DNA of 63,446 bases, filler included, from Reclinomonas americana ATCC 50394 (lineage: Eukaryota): assembly GCA_048213135.1 (NCBI GenBank). It is 12 parts of 9 records of this genome, joined end to end, with 100 filler letters (N's around TTAATTAATTAA, not from the genome) between each part and the next. Parts side by side here need not be neighbours in the genome. Positions count along the whole stretch, not along the records: positions 37,084 to 47,909 come from PS015914.1; positions 48,010 to 52,886 come from PS015915.1; 10 more parts are not named here. The stretch is one strand, 5' to 3'. The notes beneath the pieces were generated by a model. It ran no database searches. It saw only the letters and a program-made list of their open reading frames with translations, and had not been told where the DNA came from. Positions 37,236-50,600 of the stretch are shown piece after piece. Each line of letters begins with the position of its first letter. Within the stretch, counting starts at the first letter, position 1. The position numbers and the translations under genes are program-made.

Positions 37236-40200
37236 TGTGCTTCTCCGTCCACTGCCCTCTGTCGCACTAACCCTCTCTTTTCCTTCCTTCTCCTCCGCCA
37301 CGCAGGTGCTTCTCCATCTTCCAAATCGTGCAAGAGGTGACCAACAAGCCATCTGTGCTGCGCCAAGTGACCAAGGATGTGAGTACGCCCTTCCCCCCAC
37401 CTCGTCAGCCTCTGTCTGACGCATGTTGCAGATTGTGCTCGAGTTCGCCGCCGACAATGTGCGCTACCTGGAGCTGCGAACTGGACCGCGCGATGTGCCG
37501 GAGACCGGCATGACAAAGGATTCGTTGCGTCTGTGGGCAGCGCATGCACACAAACGCGCAAACACACGCGCTCTCACACATGCAGAATTCTCCTCTTGTC
37601 ATTCCCTCACACTTCAACCCGCCTTGGTCTTTGCTCCACACCATGAGCCGCTCGTATTTCGACCCTTTGTTCGCGACTCTTGGCTCTAAATCTTTGTCTC
37701 TCGTCAACCCTTGATTCGCGGCCCTGCGCTCTCGCGACCCTTGCCTTGCGACCCTTGTTGTTCAGCCCTTGTCTGCTGATCCTTGATTTGCAACCCTTGA
37801 TTCACAACCCCTGTTTCCCAACCGTCGCCTCGCAACCCTTGAGCCCTTGGCCCTTGACCCTCGATTCGCGACCCTTGTTGGGCAACCCTTGTCGTGTTCT
37901 GACCCTTGCCTCTCGACCCTTGTCTCTCGTTCAACCCTTAATTGTTGACTTCCCACCCTTGACTTCCCACCCTTGTTTCGCAACCCTTGCCTCGCGACCC
38001 TTGTCTCTTTCGACCATTAATTCTTGACTTCCAACCCTTGGCCGCCGACCCTTGTCTTTTCCCGACCCTTGAGTCTTGACCCTTGTCATTTCCTCGCTCC
38101 ATTCTCCTCCCCCACCGTGACAGCTACATGGAGATGGTCACCGAGGGCGTCCGCGACGCCCTGGCCGAGTGCCCAACGCCCATCACCGTGCGCCTGCTGG
38201 TTAGCATCAACCGCGGCCGGCCAATGTTGCGTGCCAACAGAAGATCTAGATCTTCTTTCCGACGACCTACATCCTTGCCTCTCTGGCACTGTTTTCTTCC
38301 ATTCCTTCACTCCTCTCTCTGACGCTTCCCTGCAGTCCTTTCCTCACACTTCTCTCTCTCTCTCCTTCCGCCTTCTCCTTTCCCCTTTTCCTTCCCCCTG
38401 TTCCTTCCCCCTTCCCCTTCCCCCTGTTCCTTTCCCCTNNNNNNNNNNNNNNNNNNNNNNNNNNNNNNNNNNNNNNNNNNNNNNNNNNNNNNNNNNNNNN
38501 NNNNNNNNNNNNNNNNNNNNNNNNNNNNNNNNNNNNNNNNNNNNNNNNNNNNNNNNNNNNNNNNNNNNNNNNNNNNNNNNNNNNNNNNNNNNNNNNNNNN
38601 NNNNNNNNNNNNNNNNNNNNNNNNNNNNNNNNNNNNNNNNNNNNNNNNNNNNNNNNNNNNNNNNNNNNNNNNNNNNNNNNNNNNNNNNNNNNNNNNNNNN
38701 NNNNNNNNNNNNNNNNNNNNNNNNNNNNNNNNNNNNNNNNNNNNNNNNNNNNNNNNNNNNNNNNNNNNNNNNNNNNNNNNNNNNNNNNNNNNNNNNNNNN
38801 NNNNNNNNNNNNNNNNNNNNNNNNNNNNNNNNNNNNNNNNNNNNNNNNNNNNNNNNNNNNNNNNNNNNNNNNNNNNNNNNNNNNNNNNNNNNNNNNNNNN
38901 NNNNNNNNNNNNNNNNNNNNNNNNNNNNNNNNNNNNNNNNNNNNNNNNNNNNNNNNNNNNNNNNNNNNNNNNNNNNNNNNNNNNNNNNNNNNNNNNNNNN
39001 NNNNNNNNNNNNNNNNNNNNNNNNNNNNNNNNNNNNNNNNNNNNNNNNNNNNNNNNNNNNNNNNNNNNNNNNNNNNNNNNNNNNNNNNNNNNNNNNNNNN
39101 NNNNNNNNNNNNNNNNNNNNNNNNNNNNNNNNNNNNNNNNNNNNNNNNNNNNNNNNNNNNNNNNNNNNNNNNNNNNNNNNNNNNNNNNNNNNNNNNNNNN
39201 NNNNNNNNNNNNNNNNNNNNNNNNNNNNNNNNNNNNNNNNNNNNNNNNNNNNNNNNNNNNNNNNNNNNNNNNNNNNNNNNNNNNNNNNNNNNNNNNNNNN
39301 NNNNNNNNNNNNNNNNNNNNNNNNNNNNNNNNNNNNNNNNNNNNNNNNCTTCCCCCTTTTCCTTCCCCCTGTTCCTTCCCCCCTGTTCCTTCCCCCTATT
39401 CCTTCCCCCTGTTCCTTTCCCCTGTTCCTTTCCCCTGTTCCTTCCCCCTTCTTCCCCCTCCTTCCCCTTTTCCTTCCCCTTTTCCTCCCCCCTCCTCCTT
39501 GCCCCCTTCGCCTCACTCTTTGCCTATTTCAGCGACGACGCCAAGGCCAACATCGACATCGCCCTGCGCTGGCGCGACCGCGGCGTCGTCGGCGTCGAAA
39601 TCGGCGGCGACCCATCCGTTGCGCCCTCCCTTCTCCTCCTACCTCCCTTCCACTCCTACCTCCCTTCCACTCCTACCTCCCTTCCCCTCCTACCTCCCTT
39701 CCCCTCCTCCCTCCCTTTCCCCCTTTCCCCACCCTTTCCTCTCACACAGAAAGGCGACATGCACGCCCTCCTCGCCGAACTCGAGCGCGTGCGCGCGGCC
39801 GGCCTGCCCATCTCGATTCACTTTGCGGAGCTCGACAACGACGCCGAAGCGAACGCCATTCTCGAATTCGCGCCCGAGCGCGTCGGCCACGCCGTGTGCA
39901 TGAGCGACGCGGTGCGTGAGCGTCTCGTGGGCTCGCGCATTCCAGTGGAGATCTGCTTGACCAGCAACATCAAGACGCTCAGTGCGTCGTCCGTCGACGG
40001 TCACGCCTTTGCGGCACTACGGCAGGCCGGTCATGTGTGTGCCCTGTCGGTGCGTCAACAGTGACGACGATGCGTGCGCGCATGTGAGTGAGTGTGTGGT
40101 GTTTCTCACTGTGATGCTGGCAGACCGACGACAAGGGAGTTTTTGAGACGTCGCTGTCGCACGAGTACGTGCTGGCGGCGCGCGAGTTGTCGCTCTCGCG

Positions 40201-40327
40201 ACGTGAGCTGGCCGAGTTGGCAGAGCAGGCGGCCACGGTGGCGTTTGCCGAGTCGGCGGTTCGTGAGGCGCTGGTGGAGGAGATTCGGCGGTATGTGGTG
40301 CAACAGCTGGGCAGCGATGCAGAGTGA
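36222..40327 (+). CDS. ADAL: Adenosine deaminase-like protein (ADAL/MAPDA, N6-methyl-AMP deaminase type), about 8 exons
   Basis: FCRGLPKA|ELHAHLSGS...SLS|ECFSIFQIV...|IVLEFAADNVRYLELRTGPR...GMTKDS|Y...VRLLVSINR...GVVGVEIGGDPS|KGD...ISIHFAE...PERVGHA...IPVEICLTSNIKT...|TDDKGVFETSLSHEY, which are ADAL-type motifs. Confidence 0.92.
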
Positions 40328-42136
40328 AGTTGGAACCCGTGAAGCAGCCGCTGTCTGTTACAAAAACGCGTGTGGAGTGTGTGTGTGCAATCTGTTTCTG
40401 TTGCAGACGTCAGAAACCGACCAGGCGAAGGTTCTGTTCACTTTGTGTGGGTAACCAGCACGATACAGCCATGACGTCTTTCCTGTTTGTGCAAGGATGG
40501 AAGGTATGCTGTCAGGCAAGCAGTAGGTGGGCGCGCTTGTTGGGTAGGTCAGGCAGAGGCAGTGGGAACCGCGCAGCTTCTGCAAGGTCTGCTTGGAGAG
40601 CTCGCGAGGCCATCCACAGTGCATGTCCAATCTTCATTCTGCGATACCGGCCAACTGCGGTCACATTGTGTGGAGTGATGGATCCATATGCTGCTCTCTT
40701 GCACAGACAGCCGATGCCTGGAGGTGCAGGGTTCTGCCAGACAGCGCTCGATTGATTTGGAAAGAGTGAGTTTGCTCTTTTGCGCGCCTCTTATGGGCGT
40801 CGACGGCCGTGGATTTTGGCTGACTCTTTCACCCACTTTATGGTGTATCTTCTCGCCTGCGTCAACTCACGGAAAACAAATATTCTCAGCGCGCGCGCGT
40901 CGGCACGAGTGACGTGGGCCAGTGTCGTGACTGGATTATTAGCCGCCGTTATTGCCTCCATCTGCATTGCAATAATTGTCGTTGTGATGACCGCGATTCC
41001 TGGCAATGCAGTGCCAATCGCTGATGGGTCTGGGCAGGTTGGATGGATGATTGTGGGCCAGATGCGAGGTGTCAACGACAACAAGCAAGCAACAGCAGCT
41101 GTGTTGATTACCAAGTCCAGCCAGACACGAAAATCAACGCTGACAGCAGTGATGACGGCAGGAGGATGGCCTTTCTGTGTGTGCGCGCTTGTGTGTGTTC
41201 ATGCAGACATTTCTCCTTCTTCTCTGCAATTCTGATGCTCACTCATGGATCATCGTGCACCTTCTGTGTTGCTGTTGGTTATTCTCTGAGCTTCGAACAC
41301 AGGCAGTTCTTCAAAGTTCCAAGAGTGTTGATGCAGACATTTCGCCTTTCTCTCACGTGAACGATGATGTCTGCGTTTCTGATGCTCACTCAAGATGGAT
41401 CATCATGCAACGGCTGTGTTGCTGTTGGGATGAGAAGTTGATGCGCTGCACACTGATCAGCTGAGCTTCGTATCCGAACACAAGCAATTCTGCAAAGTTC
41501 CAAGAGTGAACACGCACAGGCACTCCGCATTCTATCGTCGCCGTGGACACTGATGCTTCTGCCCATTGACACGGGTGGACATGGTCATCACAGCGCGCGA
41601 GACAGCAGCACTGGTGTCGCAGATTGTTGTTGGCGGTGACGAACAAATTGTTGTTGCCACTCCGCAGAAAGGCAGCCAGCAGAAGCGAACCGAAAGACGC
41701 GGAGAGGGAATCCGCAACCCTCTGCGCTCGCTGCTCTGTCCTTCCCTTGCAATCACCGCAGCGATCTTCCAGCTGCAGGATGAGCAATAAATCGTTCGGA
41801 TTGTACTCATTCTATTGCAATCAGCTGCGATATACGGACCACCGCCGACGCCGCACACATCACCGACTGCATAGGCGACGCAACCTAGTTGTGGAAGAAG
41901 TTCCCGGAGACGTAAAAACCCAAAAAGTACATTTTCGGTATTTTGTGTCCTTTCGCCGGTGGAAGTGCTTGCCTCATCGGGCGAAAGTCAATCATTTGTT
42001 TCCACCCACACGCACAACAACAACAAACGGAGAGAGAGAGAAAGAAGGAAGAGCACGCATCATTGTCTCCCACACTGTGACATAGACACACACACGCGCG
42101 TGTGTCTCTTTGTGTCTGCGTGTGTTTTTTGTTATC

Positions 42137-45100
42137 ATGTCAGCCGCCGAGTCAGCACGACGACGACGATTCACAGTGAAGTCCTCTTCCTCCTCCTCCT
42201 CCTCCACTGCCATACCTCCACTTGAGCGCGCAGCCAGTGACGGCCGCACTCTGCCTCCACACATCAAGTCCTCCTCGTTCTCTTCCTCCTCCAAGTCCTC
42301 AGCATCTTCCTCCTCTGCGTCTTCGTCTTCATCACTGCTGGCGCCACCACTTGCTGTGCATCGCGAGTCGGACTTGGAGAGTGAGGTCGCACGGCAACGA
42401 GAGGCCCTGGAGGAGCGCACACTGGAGCGCATCTTTGATCACTTGCGCGACACGAGCTCAGTGGGGCATCGAATCTATGCGGTGAGTCAGAGATAAGCAC
42501 AGGCAGAGAGAGGCCGAGAGAGGCAGAGAGAGACGCGACTTTGGAGTGGCTTTTGAGAGAAATCATTCGCAGCGTCTTTCTGTGTTGGGGTGATGGGTAC
42601 TTGCATTTGCGCGTTCCTTCCTTCCTTGCGCTATATATCGCGCGTGCTGCCACTCCAGTGTATTGCTCAGGTGTGTCTTTGTATGGTCCTCCCTGGTCCT
42701 CCACTGGTGCCTTGTCTCTGTCTTCTGATCTTGTCAGATCCATGTCCTCTTGTGCCTCGCTCCACCTCGTGTTGGCGCCCCGTTGTCTTCTGATCCCTGT
42801 CTGGTCCGTCCGTGGTCCACTCTTGTGTGGGTGCTTCGTTATCTTGTGACCCTGTCGTGTTCGTATCCACTTGGTGCTTCAATCTTTCCCTGATGTATCT
42901 CCTCCTGTGCCTTCTCCCTTCGTTCCACCTCTTGTTGGCGCCGATCTTCTGATCCTGTCTGGTCCGTCCGTGGTCCGCTCTTGTATTGGTGACTTTCTGC
43001 ATCAGTGTCGGATGAATCTCCCGCAGACCCCCACTTCTCTCTCCGTTGTCTGGTGCTTCTCTTCTTTCCCTAATGTATCTCCTCTTGTCCCCCCACGTCG
43101 CTCCACCTCGTGTTGGCGCCCGTTATCTTGTGATTTCGTCCGTGGTTCGCCCTTGTATTGGTGTCCTTCTGCATCTGTGGCGGATGAATCTCCTCAGACC
43201 CCCACCTCTCTTCTTTCGTTGTCTGCGCCGGTCTTTGATGCACCACCTCTTGTCTGGTCCGCCCATCTACCTTGTATCGGCGTCCCTTCTTTCCCAGTTG
43301 TCTTCTGCTCCTGTCTGGTCCTTGCTCCTCTCTCCATCTCCCGATCTTGTCCACTGATCACCCCTTGTCCCCCTTTCTCCGCTGATCCCACCCTCTACTC
43401 TTCCGTGTCTGATGCATCTCCTCTTGTCCCTCCGTACTCTCCACCTCGTGTTGGCACCCGTCATCTTCTGATCTTATTTTGTTCGCCTCCGTTGGTCCCA
43501 CCTTGCCATGTTTTTGCTGTTCCTTTCTGGTCCCCGCTCGCTTCTCTCTCCGTCCTCCGATATTGTCAGATCCATCTCCACTGATCCCACTCTCTTCTCC
43601 ACCCTCCCTTGCCCCCGTTATGTCCTGTTTCTGATCTTGCCGTGTCCGTCTTCCCTCTTCCTCGTTCCCATTCTCCTCCTTCTGTTTGGTCCATCTCCAC
43701 TCGTCCCCCCTTCTCTGTTGTGGAATCTTGGGCGTGTGCGCACGCGCCACCTCACTACTCACTCACTACGCGCTTCTTCATGGCACATGCATGTACCGAA
43801 TTGCTGCGCTAATATTAATCATGTGTCGTAATTCTGTTTTTTGCAGATATCGGCTCCGCTCACGCTGTCGTTCATGACTGCGTGGAGCATCTGGGTGCGT
43901 GCGTGTGCGCGTGTGTCGCTCTGTATGTGAGTGGTAGGCTGACACGCGCGTGCAGGATGCCGAGAGCACGTGGCTCGCCGCGCTGCTGGCTGTTTTCCAC
44001 ATGGTGACCATTGCGGTGCTGCTGCCCAAGGTGCTGAAGGTGCAGCGCGGCTCGTCATTCCAGCAGGCCCAGGTCATGCTGCAGTGCATGCTTGTTGCGT
44101 GGGGGAATTTCGGAAGCACAGGGTGGGCCTCTCGGTGTTGGTGCTCACTGCTGCACACACACACAGTCCAAGAACGATCAACGGAAGCGCCTCTTCGGCA
44201 TCCTGTTTATCTGCTTGGATGCTGTGTGTCACGTGTTGCGCTGCCTCCTCGCACGCAGCTTTCCAGCGTGGTCGTGTTTCGTCCTGCCGCTGCTGCACGC
44301 TGTTGAGACATTTTGGCTAACTCTTGCCATCGCAAAACAGACCCGATTCTGTGCATGGTGTTTGCGTCCTTGGTGGTCATCGACGAGTGGATCAACTTGC
44401 TGGCCGTGTTCGTGTACTCCATCACCGCCGGTGCCGTGTTGATGGCGCGCGGCGACGTGGCAGTCGGCCTGGGGGCGTTCATGACGCTCTTTATTGTCGG
44501 CATTGCCGGCAACAACCTGACACGCTCCGTTCGCGTCACCGTGCACGCCCTGTCGGCGGCGCTGATTGAGCGTCGCAAGTTTCTGTCACGGTCAGTCGGG
44601 GTGCGAGGGCAGGAAGATATGTCGCTCTTTTTTGCAGACTGCACACTTGCACAATTATGCTGTTTCTCCGCATATCTGCCGCTCTTTGACTGCAGCACGA
44701 TATTCGTCAACATTCAGTTCGCGTTATTCTTTGCTTGCTCGTCACGTTCTCTGTTTCTGTGCGTGGTTCGACTTGCCGTGCCGCGTTGTTTCCTTGCAAG
44801 TCGAGATCTGTGTCGCGCCACGAACTCCATTGTGCAACTCAAATATCTGCAGTGTTCTCTCTCACATTCGCATGACGTCCCTCAGGCTCTCTCTCCTTCT
44901 TCATGCTCAATAGCATGTATCTTCCCCTTCCCTCTCGCCTTCGCCTCCTCTCCCTTCCCCTTCTTCCCTCTTCACCTCCCACCGTCCCCCTCTTGCTCCT
45001 TCCCCTTGCATCCATTCCCACTGCTTCTCCCTTCCCCTTCTATCCCTTCCTCTCCCACCGTCCCCCTCCTACCCTCTTATCCCATCCTCTCCTCACTTCC

Positions 45101-47579
45101 CCCCTCCTCGCAGCATGTCACACGAACTGCGCGGCCCACTCTTCGGCCTGTCGGCCGCCTCGGACATCCTGCGCGACTCGGTCACCGACCCGAACCACGT
45201 CGAACTCGTGTCCAGCGTGCAAGAGTGCGCCGGTCGACTCAACGGGTGCGTGCTTTGTGGTGTGCCTCGAAGAATGAGGTTGTTTTATTCTCGTACTGTG
45301 ATGTGCAGCCTGGTCAACGACTTTCTGCTGTTCTCCAAACTCGAAGCCACCGGCATTGTCAATTACACCCCTGTGGCGTTGCATGCGCTGCTCCGCGATG
45401 TGTTTTCATCTCTCCGCTTCATGTGCCAGCAAGAGGGGTGCGTCGCCGACGGTGCTCCCATGGACATTCTTCAGCTGAACGTGTGCCTTGCAGACTCGAG
45501 TTCCACTTGGAGATTGGCGACGACGTGCCGCGGACGATATTCTCCGATGCGACGCTGCTGACCGAGGCAGTCACCAACATTATCACGAACGCCATCAAAT
45601 GTTGCGTGCATTCACCGACATGTCTCCTTCATGGCTTCTCATTCTTTCTGCAGACACGGATCGTGGCTCGGTCACCTTGCGCGCCAAGTACGACGCTCTC
45701 AACGATACCGTGTTGATCTCGGTCGTCGACACGGGCCGCGGCATTCCAGGTTTGCGCGTGCTCACCGACGAATCCTCTCGAGAATTCTGCATTCTAACTT
45801 TTGTGCAGAGCACATGCACGAACGAGTATTTGTCCCCTTTGGTCAGGCGCACACCCTGGCCACGTCACACGCCAGCACGGGACTGGGGTGAGTAACGATG
45901 CAGCCTGTCGTCCTCCTTTTGCATGCTCAATCGCGCTGCGCGCAGGCTGAGCATCGTCCGTGAAATCATGCTCTCGCTCGGCGGACAAGTGCAACTGCAG
46001 AGTGAGGTGGACGTGGGCTCCACGTTCACCCTGTTCGGTACGCGTTTCCTCACGCTCTGCCCTCCATTGCCCCACTTGCTGACATGATTCCGCCTGCAGT
46101 TCCCGCCCGCAGCAACGAGCTGGTCGCGGCACAGCACCCGAGTCCTCGCACCGAGACCGGACCGCTCTCCCGCTCCGCGACGGCGGTGGCTGCAAGTCGT
46201 GACGCCAATGAGCTCTCGTTGGCTTCCTGCGACGAGAGCGAAGCAACGCAGCCGGCCGAGTGCCGCATCTTGTGCGTCCTTCTCGTTCGCACTGAGGTGA
46301 ATCTGCTGGGAATGCTAACTTTGCGCGCCACGCTCGTTGCAGCCTCATCGACGACCAGATGGTCATCACCAAGGTGAGCACAGTTGCTGTTCTCACTCTC
46401 CTTCTCTTCGTATATTCATCGCCTCCGTGCTTTTGCAGTTGGCAGCGCGTCTGATTCAGAAAATTACGGCATCTTTTGTCGACATTGAAGTGGTTGTCGA
46501 GGTATTCGGCAATGGTGTGGTGAGTCCTGCTCCATGTGGAGAGAGAGAGAGAGAGAGCGCGAGAGGAAGGGAGCGAGAGGGAGGGAGGGGTGAGTGTGTG
46601 ACTGCGGGTCTTGCACTCAGTCTCATACACGCCGCAGGATGCCGTGGAGCGCATGAAGACACTCATGCAGCAGTCCCTGGCGGCGCCAAATGTGGTGCGC
46701 CAGTGGCACTCATCGGTCCCATTTGTCGTCTTTTGCGACTTGCACATGCCGAAACTCGACGGCAGAGCCACATGTCGATCGATCGGCGACACCTACCGCA
46801 AGCTAGTCGACCGACAGTCATTACCGGATACGTCGCTGCCGCTGCCGTACCTGGTCATCATGACCGGCGATGCGACCGAGGAGACGCGCGACATTTTGAG
46901 CAGGGACAACGATAGTGCCTGCGTTCGTGGAGGTTGGTGCACGAGGGTTCATGTGCTTGCACAGTCTTGCTGTTTTAGATGTTGCACGCGAAACTTTATT
47001 TCGCTTCTCGCCCTCCACGGTGTTGGTCTTCCTTGTCTCTCCCGTCGTATGCTTGTCTCATCTCTCTCGCACACTGTGCGTTATCATCGTGTCTTATTTC
47101 CCTCCGTTTCCTCTCTTTCCCTCCGTTTCCCTCCAATCATCTCACTCTTTCCTTCTCCTCTTACACACTGTGCGTTATCATCGTGTCTTCATTCCCTCCC
47201 TTCCCTCTCTTCCACACCCGTTCCCTCCAATCATCTCACTCTTGCCTTCTCCTCTCCACCCCTCTAACTCGCTGTGCGTTATCATTGTGTCTTCTCTCCC
47301 TCCGTTTCCTCTCTTTCCCTCTCTTTCCCTCCAATCATCTCACTCTTGCCTTCTCCTCTCCACCTCTTACACACTGTGCGCTATCACCGTGTCTTCTTCC
47401 CTCCGTTTCCTCTCTTTCCCTCTCTTTCCCTCCAATCGTCCCACTCTTGCCCTCTCCCAGTCATCACCAAGCCCGCCACACGGCAGCACCTCGAGGCCAC
47501 CATCATCACCGGCTTCGAGGAGTGGTTCGGTCGGTCGCCTGCTCTGAGAAATACCACCGACCCGGAGCGTACACAATAG
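42137..47579 (+). CDS. Membrane-bound hybrid sensor histidine kinase (TM region + HisKA + HATPase_c + receiver domain)
   Basis: H-box MSHELRGPLFG, LVNDFLLFSKLE, N-box TNIITNAIK|YTDRGSV, G1 SVVDTGRGIP, F-box VFVPFGQ, G2 STGLG|LSIVREI..LGG.V.L.SEVDVGSTF. Receiver: LIDD...FCDLHMPKLDG...IMTG...ITKP. Several hydrophobic exons at 43847-44590. Confidence 0.92.
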
Positions 47580-47670
47580 TCATCACTTTTGTTTTTTTGT
47601 TAATCAACTTGCATAATACACGACGAAAAAGAAAACTTGTCTTTCATCCATATCTTTCATACATTTTCTG

Positions 47671-50600
47671 TCATCTATGCAACGGCGTGAGCGGTGGTGG
47701 TGGCGAGCCTCTCGGCGAACTGGCCATGCCACTGGCCATCGCAGGCGTGTTGTTCAGCGACGAGGGAGAGAGCGGCATTGGCGGTAGGCCATCCAGTGAT
47801 GCACGCGCCGGCATGTCACTCTCCGGCGGTGGTCTCCGAATCGAAAATGCACGATTGTTGGGGCTGGTGGCGCCACCGGCAGTGTCCGCGACGGCGGCAG
47901 CCGTGGGCANNNNNNNNNNNNNNNNNNNNNNNNNNNNNNNNNNNNNNNNNNNNTTAATTAATTAANNNNNNNNNNNNNNNNNNNNNNNNNNNNNNNNNNN
48001 NNNNNNNNNAATCACGAAAGCACACGCGCGCAACATCAGCAAAGGCTAAAAACACGAGAACAAGAAAGAGTCAACGGAAGGCAGGCATGAGAGAAACCAA
48101 GTGTAGCCGCTCACTTGCAACCAATAACCGGAGGCAAACACGAAAACACACGCGCGCAAGCGCGCGTGTGCCAATAAACAGAATAGTGACAGATGAATGA
48201 AAAGACTGAGAAGCACAAGAAGACAGGCAAGTAGCGCCCATAATCAGCAACTGGTACACGGATAATCAGCACGAACGCATGAAAGATAGAACGAAAGCGA
48301 TTCAGGTTCAACATGATGGCGCAGACATAATGAGCACACATACAATAGTCTCCCCTTCCCCTTTCTCCCTCATCCCTTCCCCTTCTCCCCCCTCGCCTCC
48401 TCACCTCATTGGTCAACGAACACCCCCACAGATTGAAATCATCGCGGATCTTGCGACGAATGTCCAGAATGTCGCCCTGATAAAACCGATAAATGTGCCG
48501 CAAGACGCGATCGGGCAGTGGAGGCAGCTGCCGCAGCTCACGCTCATGCTTGAAGCCACTATTGAGCGCAGAGGTAAGAGACGAGTCAAGCCGGTGGGCA
48601 CGGCAAATGAAACGCAACAGCTTCGCGTTGGGTTCGTACAACGTGTTCTCGTAGTGATCGAGCGCACGATCGACAAGCGTGCGCGACCCTCGATCCACCT
48701 CCAAAATGCGATACGCCAGTGCCTTGCTAAACTCAAAATCGCTCTTGCCGACCACCGAGTCGATAATCTCCTCTCGCTGCTTGTACGCCACGTCCGTGTC
48801 GTCGCCCTCTGTTGCGGCGACAGGAGGGTGAGCAGCAGCGGGGCAACACACTTGGGAGCACACACACACTCACCAATAATGGCATACACAATAGCGTCCT
48901 CGCGCAACGCCTGACTCGACTGGTGCTGCACCATGAGCAGCACACTGTGCCAGTCGCGCGCCTTGCGCACCGCGAAATGCAGCTGCTCTTCCAACTCTGC
49001 ACAGGCAACCAACAGGTTGAGTGACAAAAAAGAGTGAGTGGCGAAGGATGGACTCAACGTTGCCCGTCGCGAGACAGCAGCAGCTCGAGAACCGCATAGT
49101 CGCGCAGTCGAATGGCAATGTGGTAGGGGCCAGTGGGATCGGTACGACCCTGCATCGCAACAAATACTCAGTATTTCGCGAAGCAGACGAAGAAGAAAGA
49201 GAAGGAGAAGATGAAAGAAAAGGCAGGTGAGATGAAAGGACAGCGTGAAGAAAGAAGAATAAGAGAAATCAGGGGGGGAAAGAGAAGGAGAAGATGGAAG
49301 GCAAGGAAGAAAAGATGACAATTAATGAAGGCATGAAGGTGCGAGAGAGAGAGAACGCGATCGTGCTCCGGGCAACGAAACTCGAGGCACATATGTGCGA
49401 TTCGGCAACACGCCAATGCGCAACAACGCCTGCACGACTTTCCACTCCCACGCAATGGCGGCAACCAGCAGCGCTTCCGAAAGATGAACCACAGTAAACC
49501 TACAAGCACGCAAGTGAGCCGAGATTTCGAAAACACATCTCACACCAAGAAATTCGCTGTGCGTCTCTCTGCCTCTCTTTCTTGTTTGCTGTTTTCAACT
49601 CTTGCTTTCATGCTTCTTTCTTTCTCTCTGCGGGTGTGTCTCTTGCTGTTTTCCTCCCTTTCTTTCTCGCTTTGCCTCCTTCTCTCTTTCTTGCTTTCGT
49701 TTTCTCTGTCTTGGTTTCTTTAGTGCTGATTTGCATTTTTTGCTTGATCTTTTCTTCTCTCTTTTCTCTCCTTATTCCTTTCTTGCGTTCTTTGTCTTTC
49801 GGTCTTTGTCTGTCGTTCCTTCGTGCTTCATTTCTCTCATTCTTGCTCTCTCCTCTCTTTCTTCTCTCTCTCTCTCTTTCCAGCATTCGTTCTCTTTGCC
49901 TTCGTTTCTCTCTCTGGCTTCCTCTCTTTCTTCACTCTCTTGTCTTTCTTTCTTTCTTTCTTTCATTCATTCATCTTTCCATCCTGCTTCTTGTCTCGTC
50001 CTCATTTTCCTTCTCTCTATCTTGCTTTCCTCCACCTCTCACTTTCTCTCTCTTCCCCTCACTCCCTCCCTCCCTTCCTCCCACTCTCTCTCTCTCCCTC
50101 CCTCCGTCTCTCCCTCCCTCCCTCCCTACCTCCCTCCCTCCCTCCCTCTCTCCTCCCTTCCCCCTCCTCTCCCACCCCCCCNNNNNNNNNNNNNNNNNNN
50201 NNNNNNNNNNNNNNNNNNNNNNNNNNNNNNNNNNNNNNNNNNNNNNNNNNNNNNNNNNNNNNNNNNNNNNNNNNNNNNNNNNNNNNNNNNNNNNNNNNNN
50301 NNNNNNNNNNNNNNNNNNNNNNNNNNNNNNNNNNNNNNNNNNNNNNNNNNNNNNNNNNNNNNNNNNNNNNNNNNNNNNNNNNNNNNNNNNNNNNNNNNNN
50401 NNNNNNNNNNNNNNNNTCTTCAACACGCAACATATCCACATGCTGCGCCAGCCGCTGCACCAACTCCACAGCACCACTGCCGGCCGCCGTCAACAGCGTC
50501 GCCCGCCAAATGACAGCCGCCAGTGTCTCCTCACACTGGGAGTTGGTGGCCGCCAGCAGCGCCATGCAGCACTCAGTCTTCTGGCGGTGCGCGGCCACCT

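Noticed and set aside
36222..40327. ADAL, and also the GGCT-like gene, as extra members of the tryptophan cluster
   Set aside because: They are separated from the cluster by unrelated genes (Erf4-like, Rab GDI) and have no known role in kynurenine catabolism.
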